Positions 17,977-26,160 of a DNA stretch of 26,283 bases are shown piece after piece; the stretch's first letter is position 1; each line of letters starts with the position of its first letter. The DNA comes from a virus (Duplodnaviria > Caudoviricetes). The notes beneath the pieces were generated by a model. The model made no database searches. It had not been told where the DNA came from and worked only from the letters and a program-made list of their open reading frames with translations. The translations under genes and the position numbers were made by a program. The stretch is from positions 1 to 26,283 of the IMG/VR virus record IMGVR_UViG_3300035492_000096, one strand, 5' to 3'.

Positions 17977-18678
17977 TCATACCTCGTCTATGTTGTTATC
18001 CATCAACATGCCTCGCAGCAGGATGGATACCACGGATGTTGACTTAGTCACACCAGTGCCCTCGGTCACTTCGTCAAGACTGGCTTCTCCAGTCTCAATC
18101 AACTGACGATCAAATTCAACTTGAGCTGCGCGATCACCGCCACGTACCTTGATTTCCTCCATGAGGGTCATCTCAAGACCTTGTGAAAGCTGTGCCTGGA
18201 GCTCAGGGAACGATATTTTCGAACCTTTCGACTTCCCTGTCACTTGACCAGTCAGTTCATCCACATGACGGGTGTTTTCTGGAATGGATGACTTCTTGGT
18301 CAAGGTCTGCGCCTGACGTCTGATCAGCTGCATGCTGATCGGGTACTTGTGTGGGGTCAGGTAGGTTTCCCCTGTCTGCGGATCGGTCAGCCAGATACGC
18401 TCGAACAACACAATACCCAGTGTATCCGCTAATTCCATAAGACCATCAAGAGTCACCCTTGGGTCTTTGAAATTAGGTACAAAATAAGGTAGTATTTCTT
18501 GTTCGTGTTCTTGGTCAGGGTCTTCGGGTCTGGCCAACGAACGGATGTAGTTATCGAATTCGGTGTCACTCAACCCATCTAGAAATTTCTTGGTGAGTTC
18601 AGCATTGGACGTCTCACCGGGAATTATCTGGGCGATAGAGGAGACGATAAACTCGGTTACAGCTTTTCGGTTAGCCAT
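17977..18678 (-). CDS. Virion RNA polymerase beta subunit, C-terminal fragment (phiKZ gp149-like)
   Basis: 233 aa. DELTGQVTGKSKGSKISFPELQAQLSQGLEMTLMEEIKVRGGD parallels the bacterial beta C-terminus ([40 protein letters not shown]). L.DPQTGE also matches beta. GAGGT SD. Confidence 0.85.
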   Translation of the reverse strand: MANRKAVTEFIVSSIAQIIPGETSNAELTKKFLDGLSDTEFDNYIRSLARPEDPDQEHEQEILPYFVPNFKDPRVTLDGLMELADTLGIVLFERIWLTDPQTGETYLTPHKYPISMQLIRRQAQTLTKKSSIPENTRHVDELTGQVTGKSKGSKISFPELQAQLSQGLEMTLMEEIKVRGGDRAAQVEFDRQLIETGEASLDEVTEGTGVTKSTSVVSILLRGMLMDNNIDEV

Positions 18679-18685
18679 ATATACC

Positions 18686-18973
18686 TCAGCACCCTACCGG
18701 TAAGTCATTACTGATAATGACGGGAAGAACAAGTCGACTGAAATGTCTCAACCATTCTTGACCGGTCATCTCGTCGTCCAGACAGCTACGTGCTGAAATA
18801 GTGGAGGAGTGGAGTGTGAGTAACTGGTCGCGCCAGTAACGATTCAATTCACGAATGGTTTCTTTTTCAGAAGAATGGTTCTTACTTTTAAATTGTTTAG
18901 CAAAGCGGTTAGCTGCACTGGGGTTGTCACCAGCGATCAACTCTACCACCCTGGTAGTAATATCTGTACTCAT
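18686..18973 (-). CDS. Hypothetical protein
   Basis: 95 aa from the ATG at 18973 (MSTDITT...) with a GGGGAG SD. The track's longer start at 18988 is less likely. Confidence 0.7.
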   Translation of the reverse strand: MSTDITTRVVELIAGDNPSAANRFAKQFKSKNHSSEKETIRELNRYWRDQLLTLHSSTISARSCLDDEMTGQEWLRHFSRLVLPVIISNDLPVGC

Positions 18974-18998
18974 GGGATGTCTCCCCATTGTTGAAAGA

Positions 18999-19024
18999 TG
19001 TAGGTGATGGATCCATCACCTACA
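18999..19024 (-). terminator. Palindromic hairpin after uvsX, possible terminator or processing site
   Basis: Perfect 26-bp palindrome TGTAGGTGATGGATCCATCACCTACA just after the 19031 stop. Only a short TCTTTC follows on the minus strand. Confidence 0.6.
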
Positions 19025-19030
19025 ATTTAT

Positions 19031-20584
19031 TTACATCGACAACTCAGCTTTACGTTGTTCAACTATTTTCATGAGCTCGGCTGCGGTGGCCGCTTTACCA
19101 TCGGCCTTACCGGTTTCAGCTTCAGCTGCAGAGGTTACAGTGACCCCTTTACCGAGCTTGGACTTGTCGTACCAGTACGGGATATATTCCCCGGTATACA
19201 TACGAAGAAGATCCATTGTCGACAGGAAATTCACTTTAGAGTAGGCACCTTGATCCTCGATGGGGATCCAGAACCCTCGTGTATCCAGGAGAATGTCCCA
19301 GTCGTAACCTTTCTCTTTAAGACCAGCGTACAGTTGCTTTGGAGAGATGTGGTACTTCTCATCCAGATCATGCCACAGTGCCTGCATCATACACATTTCA
19401 GCGGTGATGTTGATAGCACGGCTGAGTTTTGGATCGGACTCGAGTAGATTACGTACGGTCTTACGGGTCAGGTTCTGTTCTGGTCTCAGATCGAGACGGA
19501 AATTGGATTTTCCTTTGGCTTTATTCCCATCCTTGTCCGAGATACCGTAATAATCGAAACCTTTACAGTAGACGAATTCGGTCAGCTCTGGTTTGACACC
19601 TTCTGATTGTGACACGACCACTTCAAATGGGATACCGGAAGGACCTGATTTACCACGCAGATTGACCAGGGTGATTGAGATAAGGTCAGTATCGCCTTTA
19701 AGATCATCATCCTCACCCCTAGGGAATTCAGGTAGTTTATCGTTATCCATCAAGACTGCCAGTGATACACAGTACCAGCAGTTTGCAGTCAGGAACGAGA
19801 AGTTCTCAGGAACCTTCTTGAGTTTCAAATCCCCTTTAAGGAACTTCAGACGTTTCACGTTGGGCTTATATATGTCCAGCTGATATTCCTGACCAACATG
19901 GGCTGTCATCAGGAAATGGACACCTGAGCCACCTGTAACACCCGTCACCTGGTCGATGAGCTGACTCTTAGCACCAGCACCTTTCATGGCAACCATGTTG
20001 AGCTCTTTACCACCAACATCACCTTTCTCGTACATATCCATGACGCCTTCAGTTTGAAGGCCGGACAGAGAATCCAGGAACACCAGTGTAGGACTCGGGA
20101 TCTTGATCAACTCACCACTGACCTCATCGACAAACGGAGTGGTAATCAGAATGGACTTGTCGTTGCGGCGTTCTTCAGCGTATTCACGCATCGCATTCCA
20201 CCAACCATTACCTGTATAGGTGTTTGCATCGGTGAAGAGGAGTCGTCCATCTTCGATCAGATCCTTACCAAAGAGTTCAGGGAACTGAGAAAATACGCTA
20301 TGAATACGACCTGGAGAGAGCGTATTCTCTGAATCATGGGCCATCATGATAGCCAGGGAGATGCGGTTCATCACCGACCCTTCCTGGAAGAGACTGATGA
20401 CAGTCTTAAACATGTTAGGTAGACCAGCTACACCTGTGAAATGGTTAAGTCCACCACAGAGAATGGATTCACCATGTTTACCTTTATAGTACTTGCCGGT
20501 CTGGATGTCGAAGAGAGCACCGATGTTCCACATGGGACGGATCGAAGGTGCTTTCTTAAATTTTGCGAAAGGATTTTTGCTCAT
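19031..20584 (-). CDS. uvsX: UvsX/RecA-like recombinase (phiKZ gp152-like)
   Basis: 517 aa. Walker A variant GVAGLPNMFKT (FK[TS] as in T4 UvsX), HDSENTL (RecA catalytic Glu region), Walker B LVFLDSLS, and MTAHVG. Confidence 0.85.
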   Translation of the reverse strand: MSKNPFAKFKKAPSIRPMWNIGALFDIQTGKYYKGKHGESILCGGLNHFTGVAGLPNMFKTVISLFQEGSVMNRISLAIMMAHDSENTLSPGRIHSVFSQFPELFGKDLIEDGRLLFTDANTYTGNGWWNAMREYAEERRNDKSILITTPFVDEVSGELIKIPSPTLVFLDSLSGLQTEGVMDMYEKGDVGGKELNMVAMKGAGAKSQLIDQVTGVTGGSGVHFLMTAHVGQEYQLDIYKPNVKRLKFLKGDLKLKKVPENFSFLTANCWYCVSLAVLMDNDKLPEFPRGEDDDLKGDTDLISITLVNLRGKSGPSGIPFEVVVSQSEGVKPELTEFVYCKGFDYYGISDKDGNKAKGKSNFRLDLRPEQNLTRKTVRNLLESDPKLSRAINITAEMCMMQALWHDLDEKYHISPKQLYAGLKEKGYDWDILLDTRGFWIPIEDQGAYSKVNFLSTMDLLRMYTGEYIPYWYDKSKLGKGVTVTSAAEAETGKADGKAATAAELMKIVEQRKAELSM

Positions 20585-20675
20585 GATGCGATGGATCCGT
20601 TAAGATGAATGACTATTGTCTGGCAAATCGATATGGGATATGTGATTTCTTTTACTAACTCGGAGTCAGAACTCA

Positions 20676-21506
20676 ATGAAACACGATTACCTCAATGAAT
20701 TTGACAAGGTCAGTCTGGAAGATCTTGAACAGTTCGTCTCCATGGTGTCTATGGAATCAACCATGACTACCATGCCTACTATAAAACCAGGTCAGCGACT
20801 GAATCAGTTCTTCCGCAAAGCGAGTTCTTACTTCAGTGGTCTCAAACTTTCGAATGTACTCTCCACCTTTTCAGGCGGACAGGATATTCAATCCTTTGTT
20901 ACGAAGCATGGTTTCGTCGATGCCAGTGTTAAAGAGATTATTGTGCCGGAGAGTTTCATCGGTAAATGGGTCCCTTACTCGGCGGCGCTCAAGGAAGGGT
21001 CTGTGCTGGCGCAGAACATCAAACCAGCCATCCTCAACTACAACACTACTCTGGGTGCTATTGTCGCTTCACCAGAGCGTCTACAGGCGGCCAGCGGCAT
21101 TGGTCACAGTGACCCCACTCACCTTGGTCTGGCCGATCACATGAAATCGATCGGAAATCAATTCTTTGATGCTGGTAGTAACCACATTCGTCGTACTCTG
21201 GGGTCGGTCATTGACCGTGCCGATGACATTTCTGTAACCCAGAAGACCATGAATGAAGTAATAAAACTGGATAAGGCTAATCCAGCCGACCAAATCATCA
21301 AAGCAATCGATCGGACGATCGACCTGTCCAGTCGTCTTACACCATACCTGGAAGATGGTAAGGGCGTATCTAAGCAATGTATGGATGAGATGATTGCATC
21401 TACCATGCAGCTGGCTAGAGAAGTCGAAGCACTGGGTACTCTGTCGTACCGTATCCGTCAATTCAATGGCTCTTTACAAGACAGTGTGAAGAGTATCAAG
21501 AAGTAA
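20676..21506 (+). CDS. Probable virion head protein with N-terminal propeptide
   Basis: 276 aa with GGAG SD. The acidic N-terminus has VSLE and VSME, matching the S/A/G-X-E motif of the phiKZ prohead protease. TATG motifs lie upstream at 20632 and 20639. Confidence 0.7.
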   Translation: MKHDYLNEFDKVSLEDLEQFVSMVSMESTMTTMPTIKPGQRLNQFFRKASSYFSGLKLSNVLSTFSGGQDIQSFVTKHGFVDASVKEIIVPESFIGKWVPYSAALKEGSVLAQNIKPAILNYNTTLGAIVASPERLQAASGIGHSDPTHLGLADHMKSIGNQFFDAGSNHIRRTLGSVIDRADDISVTQKTMNEVIKLDKANPADQIIKAIDRTIDLSSRLTPYLEDGKGVSKQCMDEMIASTMQLAREVEALGTLSYRIRQFNGSLQDSVKSIKK

Positions 21507-21519
21507 CCGTAACGTACAA

Positions 21520-21549
21520 AGGTCGGAGGGCTAAAATGCCCTCCGACCT
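21520..21549. terminator. Hairpin at a convergent junction, probable bidirectional terminator
   Basis: AGGTCGGAGGGC-TAAAAT-GCCCTCCGACCT (12-bp stem) between the stops at 21506 and 21558, running into TATGCCGT. Confidence 0.7.
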
Positions 21550-21557
21550 ATGCCGTT

Positions 21558-21935
21558 TCACGCATGACGTATTTTCTGCGTTCGCAGTATTACACGCTCC
21601 GCATCACGCACCATGGTCTCGCGATCAAGGTAACGGAGGAACTTTGGTATTCGACCGTAGATGATTTCAACAGCCTTCTTGAACTCACCTTGATCGCAAA
21701 GCTCAACCACGTCATGGATGGTCTTCTCTCGCCAAAGCAAGGGACAGATCATCGCAGGGAATGACAGAGATTTGGGATCAATGACCAGATAGAAAATCTG
21801 GTTGAATTCTTTCAGAATGTTTTCGTCAGGATCGTAGTCACGGATTAACCGGAAGTACAGGCTAGCCATGAAAATTGTTCTTTTCAACGTCGGCCAGAAT
21901 CCGTGTGCTTGATTTATCGCAACAGATCTGTGCAT
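21558..21935 (-). CDS. Hypothetical protein
   Basis: 125-aa ORF starting 10 nt after the RNase H stop, with an AGAAGGG purine-rich SD-like sequence. Confidence 0.7.
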   Translation of the reverse strand: MHRSVAINQAHGFWPTLKRTIFMASLYFRLIRDYDPDENILKEFNQIFYLVIDPKSLSFPAMICPLLWREKTIHDVVELCDQGEFKKAVEIIYGRIPKFLRYLDRETMVRDAERVILRTQKIRHA

Positions 21936-21945
21936 AAGCCCTTCT

Positions 21946-23436
21946 TTAACCTACCAGTTTAAAATTGCCGAATGGGTTGGTCCAGATACCGATATCATCT
22001 TCTGTTTCCACTACAGTAGCGTAGCGAATGACAGTAGGTGATTCTCGCCATGTGAGAACAACCACACGCTTAATTGTAGAATCAAGTGCCGACAATGCGT
22101 TTCTGCCAATGATGTCAGATCCCATGATCAGACGAACCTTTGTCTTTTTCAACGGGACATCTTCCATCTTCCTCAGCTCGCTGGCAAAGGAGGTGTTGTA
22201 ATTGACCGATATATCGAGGTACTTCACATTGTTCGTGATGTCCTTCCGAAGTTTATAGGTCACGACACCCTTCTTTTCCACGGCTTCATATAGTAGGTCA
22301 GTGATATCAGTGACAATTACAGATTTGTCACCTGCAATGTACTGATCGAGTGTCTCTGTTAGCCGTTCCAGATTTTCCACGTTATAGAACGCTAAGCCAG
22401 TTGGATTGATGTGATGGATGACCGGTAAGCGCTTGTCATTCACCATACTCAGATTGGCACGGTTTTTACGGAAAACCTGCATACCGAACTGACGGATATC
22501 ATCACTGACACTCTGACTCAGTATGTTACGAAGAGAACCAACGAACAAATGACCTACCTGCTTTTCATCGTGTTCGATGAAATAATCTCGAACACGTTCT
22601 AATGTGTCCAGTGGTTCTTTGATATACAGCACTGCGTTGCTGGAATCAGATTGTGGTTTGGCGACATCGTCGTCTTCCCCATGTTGACCTGTCCAGTAAA
22701 CAGTTCGCCCACAACTAGTGATCCTTCTCTCTTCACTATTGGAGCTGAAGTACCACTTAGGTTGATCGAACATACGGTTAAACACGCTAGTGCGTTTCCA
22801 GTATCCCTCTGGAGGTTGTTCCAGCTTAAACGTTTTATCTTCACCATTAGTGCCAAGGCAATTACCTTTTCTGGCCCATTGGTCTGCCATCTCATTCCCT
22901 ATAAAACCGTTATGACCCTTGATCCAGGCCAACATCACCTCACTGTTACGGTTCTTGTGTTCTTGGAGTAGCGCATCAACTGCCAGCCAGTCTTCTTTAT
23001 AAGAGATTTCATCGCCAGCACGGTTACGCCAGTTGGTTTGTTTCCATCGTGGAAGGTAGTCATTGATCCCTTTGACAACATACGACGAATCTGAAAAGAT
23101 AGTCGAATGGCTCAGTCCCTTGTCTAAGGCATACGTCAGGGCTTGTTTTGCGGCAAGCAACTCTGTATGATTATTGTCCTTAGCATTTGGCACTCCACCG
23201 AATGTATCGATGTAGTTGACCACTTTAACTGCATTACCTTCATCCTTAGTTTCACTATAACCCGAAGCTGTAGGAGTTGATTTAGATAATCCACTGCCTT
23301 TATCGGGTGATTCACCCGGTGTAAAGACATATCCATGGACTCCCCATCCCCCAGCTTTTTCTGTGCTATAGTAGCCACCGTCAGCATAAAGGACCCCTTG
23401 ATAGGAGATCGTTGCTTGTGTTGTTGTTTCTGACAT
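21946..23436 (-). CDS. rnhA: Ribonuclease HI with long C-terminal extension (phiKZ gp155-like)
   Basis: All RNase HI catalytic motifs are present: LYADGG, NNHTELLAA, IFSDSSYVVKG, W....W and WIKGHNGFIGNEMADQWA. Start set at the ATG at 23436 (AAGGT upstream), giving 496 aa. Confidence 0.9.
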   Translation of the reverse strand: MSETTTQATISYQGVLYADGGYYSTEKAGGWGVHGYVFTPGESPDKGSGLSKSTPTASGYSETKDEGNAVKVVNYIDTFGGVPNAKDNNHTELLAAKQALTYALDKGLSHSTIFSDSSYVVKGINDYLPRWKQTNWRNRAGDEISYKEDWLAVDALLQEHKNRNSEVMLAWIKGHNGFIGNEMADQWARKGNCLGTNGEDKTFKLEQPPEGYWKRTSVFNRMFDQPKWYFSSNSEERRITSCGRTVYWTGQHGEDDDVAKPQSDSSNAVLYIKEPLDTLERVRDYFIEHDEKQVGHLFVGSLRNILSQSVSDDIRQFGMQVFRKNRANLSMVNDKRLPVIHHINPTGLAFYNVENLERLTETLDQYIAGDKSVIVTDITDLLYEAVEKKGVVTYKLRKDITNNVKYLDISVNYNTSFASELRKMEDVPLKKTKVRLIMGSDIIGRNALSALDSTIKRVVVLTWRESPTVIRYATVVETEDDIGIWTNPFGNFKLVG

Positions 23437-23515
23437 GACTACAGAACCTTGATTATCGTTGGCGTCCAAACCCACTCATGTGATAGAGCGGAATATTTTC
23501 GAAAAACACGATTCG

Positions 23516-23854
23516 TCATCCATGTCGACATTTTTCACGGTATCTTGCGATATCGTCTTCAAGGTATGCCTCATCCCACTCGATATATTCTTTTAATGCG
23601 TCAGCATAATCGAACAACAACATGATGATGGCTTCTTCGTTGAGTCCTGTTATATCCTCGACTGGAACGGTGGGTTTGACATGTCCATCACGGACACTCC
23701 TGACAAACTCACCACAGTCGTTTGATTTGGTATCTGTTACAGGTAGTTCATGTAACTCATAGTTGTATTGGACTACTGTGCAACTACCTAATGCAATCGC
23801 TAACCAAAAGGCGGAGATAATACGACTCCCTCGGAGTGCGTTATTTGTATCCAT
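23516..23854 (-). CDS. Putative outer-membrane lipoprotein spanin (o-spanin)
   Basis: 112 aa from the ATG at 23854 (AGGT SD). Signal peptide RGSRIISAFWLAIALGS-C with a lipobox-like LGSC and two further Cys. Lies immediately downstream of an i-spanin-like gene. Confidence 0.7.
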   Translation of the reverse strand: MDTNNALRGSRIISAFWLAIALGSCTVVQYNYELHELPVTDTKSNDCGEFVRSVRDGHVKPTVPVEDITGLNEEAIIMLLFDYADALKEYIEWDEAYLEDDIARYREKCRHG

Positions 23855-23862
23855 GGATATAC

Positions 23863-24339
23863 CTACTGACTGAGTCTTCTCCACCGTTCACTTAAATCTA
23901 TTCCCGTTGTCTGATTTCGACTGGGTCTTGAAACTGGTGCTGGTGGAGTTGGTGGTTGGGTATTTGGTGTCTGGTCTATCTGGACGGGTCTCGTACGCGG
24001 ACCAGATGAAGAATCCGTCGTGCTTGATGTAGATGCCAGTAGATCCAGGTATTTGTTCTTATACCAATCTAACCGATTGTTCAGTGAAGCAACTTCTTTT
24101 TCATACTCTCGTTGTAATATAGCGTATTCGTTTTCATTCCTATTGATTACCAGTTCCTGATCCTTAACGATATCGTAAAGACTGAGGAACAACACCGTCA
24201 TAGCTAAGAATCCAGCGCTGGCAACTAACGTGCTAAGATTATCGTGAACGAACTGACGGAACGTTCGATCTCTTAGCCACATCTCACGGATGAAGAGGAA
24301 TAACGCCCTGCCTATTTTAAATAACAGAGATAGTGGCAT
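23863..24339 (-). CDS. Putative inner-membrane spanin (i-spanin)
   Basis: 158 aa from the ATG at 24339 (AGGA SD). One TM helix (LSTLVASAGFLAMTVLFLSLY), a coiled-coil segment, a Ser/Pro-rich linker and a short terminal helix. The track's upstream extension overlaps the divergent gene and is rejected. Confidence 0.65.
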   Translation of the reverse strand: MPLSLLFKIGRALFLFIREMWLRDRTFRQFVHDNLSTLVASAGFLAMTVLFLSLYDIVKDQELVINRNENEYAILQREYEKEVASLNNRLDWYKNKYLDLLASTSSTTDSSSGPRTRPVQIDQTPNTQPPTPPAPVSRPSRNQTTGIDLSERWRRLSQ

Positions 24340-24420
24340 CGTAATTCCTGAAATGATATGATCGTCAGGGGCGTTTTCAGGCCCTTCTTCATAGATTACG
24401 TCGCTGGGTCGGAGACCAAT

Positions 24421-25776
24421 ATGTATAAACTTAAGGCTTTCGGGGTCATCGCCCCACTTATTGACAATACGGTTAGCGTTGTAGCACCTATCGGTGAACT
24501 GTCGCCGATCGCTAAGAGCTATGCTCGTGAAAAAGAATATTACAGTAACTCTGCTGCACCGGGTCATTCACTGGTGGTCTTCTCCAGCAAGCTCGATGGG
24601 GGTGTTCAACAAACGGATGTATTATTGGCCAGCGATCTGTTGATGGTTAACAAATGGTGCTATGAGCAGGCTGTAGCAGGTACGTTCAACACCACTACCG
24701 AATCATTCCGCGTAGCTTTCCTGAATCAATTCGGTGAGGAATATGATATTTGGTTGATCGGCGAGATGGTCCAGATTGGTAATAACCAGTACATGCCATC
24801 GGTCATCGAAATCCGTGATGCTGTCAATGATGAACTACAATATCGAATCTGGTACTCCAGTGCCGTGTTCGAGCAACAGTTTGATGAATATGAAATTATT
24901 GTGGTTCCGCCTGTAGAGGACCTGGAGATGTTCTTCCAGTCCGGTTTATCCCTGCAAGCTGATCTCGAAGACATGACTCAAGATCAGTTGATGGAACGTA
25001 TCATGGCAGCTAAAAACGATTATCCGGAATCGTATCTTCAGGCTGACATGTATGAGTGGTACGATCCATTGGATCCACAGGATACATCCCTCCGTATCCC
25101 GACCTACTGGACATCTATCATCTACGGTATCGCTGGCCGTAATGTTGATGCGATCAAAGACGCTATCAGGGAGTTCATTCTCGAAAACAGTGAACGTAAT
25201 CGAGAAGAATGGTCTGCTATCCTTCCTGAGGTCTTTACATCGACCGAATTCTTGTTTGTGCCGATGTGGAAGAATTACTCCATCCCCAATCGTGAGTTGG
25301 AACAAGGACTCTACAGCCCTGTTACACGTATGTTTGATGGTGTATCTGAACTCGTGCGACTGACCAGAGGAGAAGGTTATACCGATCAGTTCATCACAGA
25401 GCACGCGGAAGTACTGGGATCGGGCTTCAAATCCATCAGTCTTATGGTAACAGGTGGTCCCTATAACCGAGACGGTGTTGTATCACTTTATCAACGATAC
25501 CCCGATTACATCAATGTCGATACGACCTCCCTTGATTTTAGTCGTATGGCTCCAGAGACTCGGAGATTCGTGCTCACTATGCTCGATATGTTGAGCGTGG
25601 CAGAATCGATGACTCCCGACTCCATAGTACCAGTTAAGTTTACTCGATTGGTAAGGGAAGGGGTGTTGTACGTATCCTGTACATTGGATCGGTTCACGTT
25701 GATCGTGACTAGTAAATACTCTGCCGAGGACCCTAGTCTGCTTGATCCAGGTGATGATCAGAGCAATTACATCTGA
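24421..25776 (+). CDS. Virion structural protein (phiKZ gp157-like)
   Basis: 451 aa from the ATG at 24421 (GGAG SD). The MY.LK.F......DN.....APIGELS, F..QFDEYEI and YPDYI.V.T.S.DF.RM motifs are recalled from a conserved phiKZ-family structural protein. Confidence 0.75.
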   Translation: MYKLKAFGVIAPLIDNTVSVVAPIGELSPIAKSYAREKEYYSNSAAPGHSLVVFSSKLDGGVQQTDVLLASDLLMVNKWCYEQAVAGTFNTTTESFRVAFLNQFGEEYDIWLIGEMVQIGNNQYMPSVIEIRDAVNDELQYRIWYSSAVFEQQFDEYEIIVVPPVEDLEMFFQSGLSLQADLEDMTQDQLMERIMAAKNDYPESYLQADMYEWYDPLDPQDTSLRIPTYWTSIIYGIAGRNVDAIKDAIREFILENSERNREEWSAILPEVFTSTEFLFVPMWKNYSIPNRELEQGLYSPVTRMFDGVSELVRLTRGEGYTDQFITEHAEVLGSGFKSISLMVTGGPYNRDGVVSLYQRYPDYINVDTTSLDFSRMAPETRRFVLTMLDMLSVAESMTPDSIVPVKFTRLVREGVLYVSCTLDRFTLIVTSKYSAEDPSLLDPGDDQSNYI

Positions 25777-25778
25777 CA

Positions 25779-25812
25779 GCATAGAGAGGAGGCAACTGCC
25801 TCCTCTCTATGC
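25779..25812. terminator. Hairpin at a convergent junction, probable bidirectional terminator
   Basis: 16-bp inverted repeat GCATAGAGAGGAGGCA-AC-TGCCTCCTCTCTATGC between the stops at 25776 and 25815. Nearly identical to the 13389 hairpin. Confidence 0.7.
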
Positions 25813-25814
25813 CG

Positions 25815-26153
25815 TTACTTAGGACAACCCAATTCATCCAATACTGCGTCACGAGACTCCTGTAAATACACTCCCCGTGATTGGATTAATAAACGTTCTA
25901 CCTCACCCTGACCGATCGACTTAACCAGATCAGCAACCGATACCATTACAGTGGACCCATCGACCCTGTTTGCTGTCAACATACCGTATTTTACCCAGAT
26001 GTCGATAGACGGTTCCATGTTATTTTCAGTACCCTTCCATTGACGACGATACAGGTACATCAGATCACGTGCAGGCCACGACCATTTGTCAGGATGATCA
26101 CCCCGTATAGCCGCCCCTATATAGAAGTTGATTGTATTTCTAACGATGTTCAT
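25815..26153 (-). CDS. Hypothetical protein
   Basis: 112 aa from the ATG at 26153, with a GAGG SD overlapping the upstream TGA stop. Confidence 0.7.
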   Translation of the reverse strand: MNIVRNTINFYIGAAIRGDHPDKWSWPARDLMYLYRRQWKGTENNMEPSIDIWVKYGMLTANRVDGSTVMVSVADLVKSIGQGEVERLLIQSRGVYLQESRDAVLDELGCPK

Positions 26154-26160
26154 GAAAACC

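Noticed and set aside
19004-20332. Plus-strand ORFs 19004-19447, 19347-19550, 19593-19883 and 20054-20332
   Set aside because: They are antisense to the well-supported uvsX gene.
24340-24567. Apparent head-to-head overlap of the 234-aa minus ORF and the 472-aa plus ORF
   Set aside because: This is an artefact of longest-ORF start choice. SD-supported starts at 24339 and 24421 leave an 81-nt divergent gap.
13389-25812. Near-identical hairpins as CRISPR repeats or transposon ends
   Set aside because: They are isolated copies kilobases apart, with no spacer array, no cas or transposase gene and no target-site duplication.
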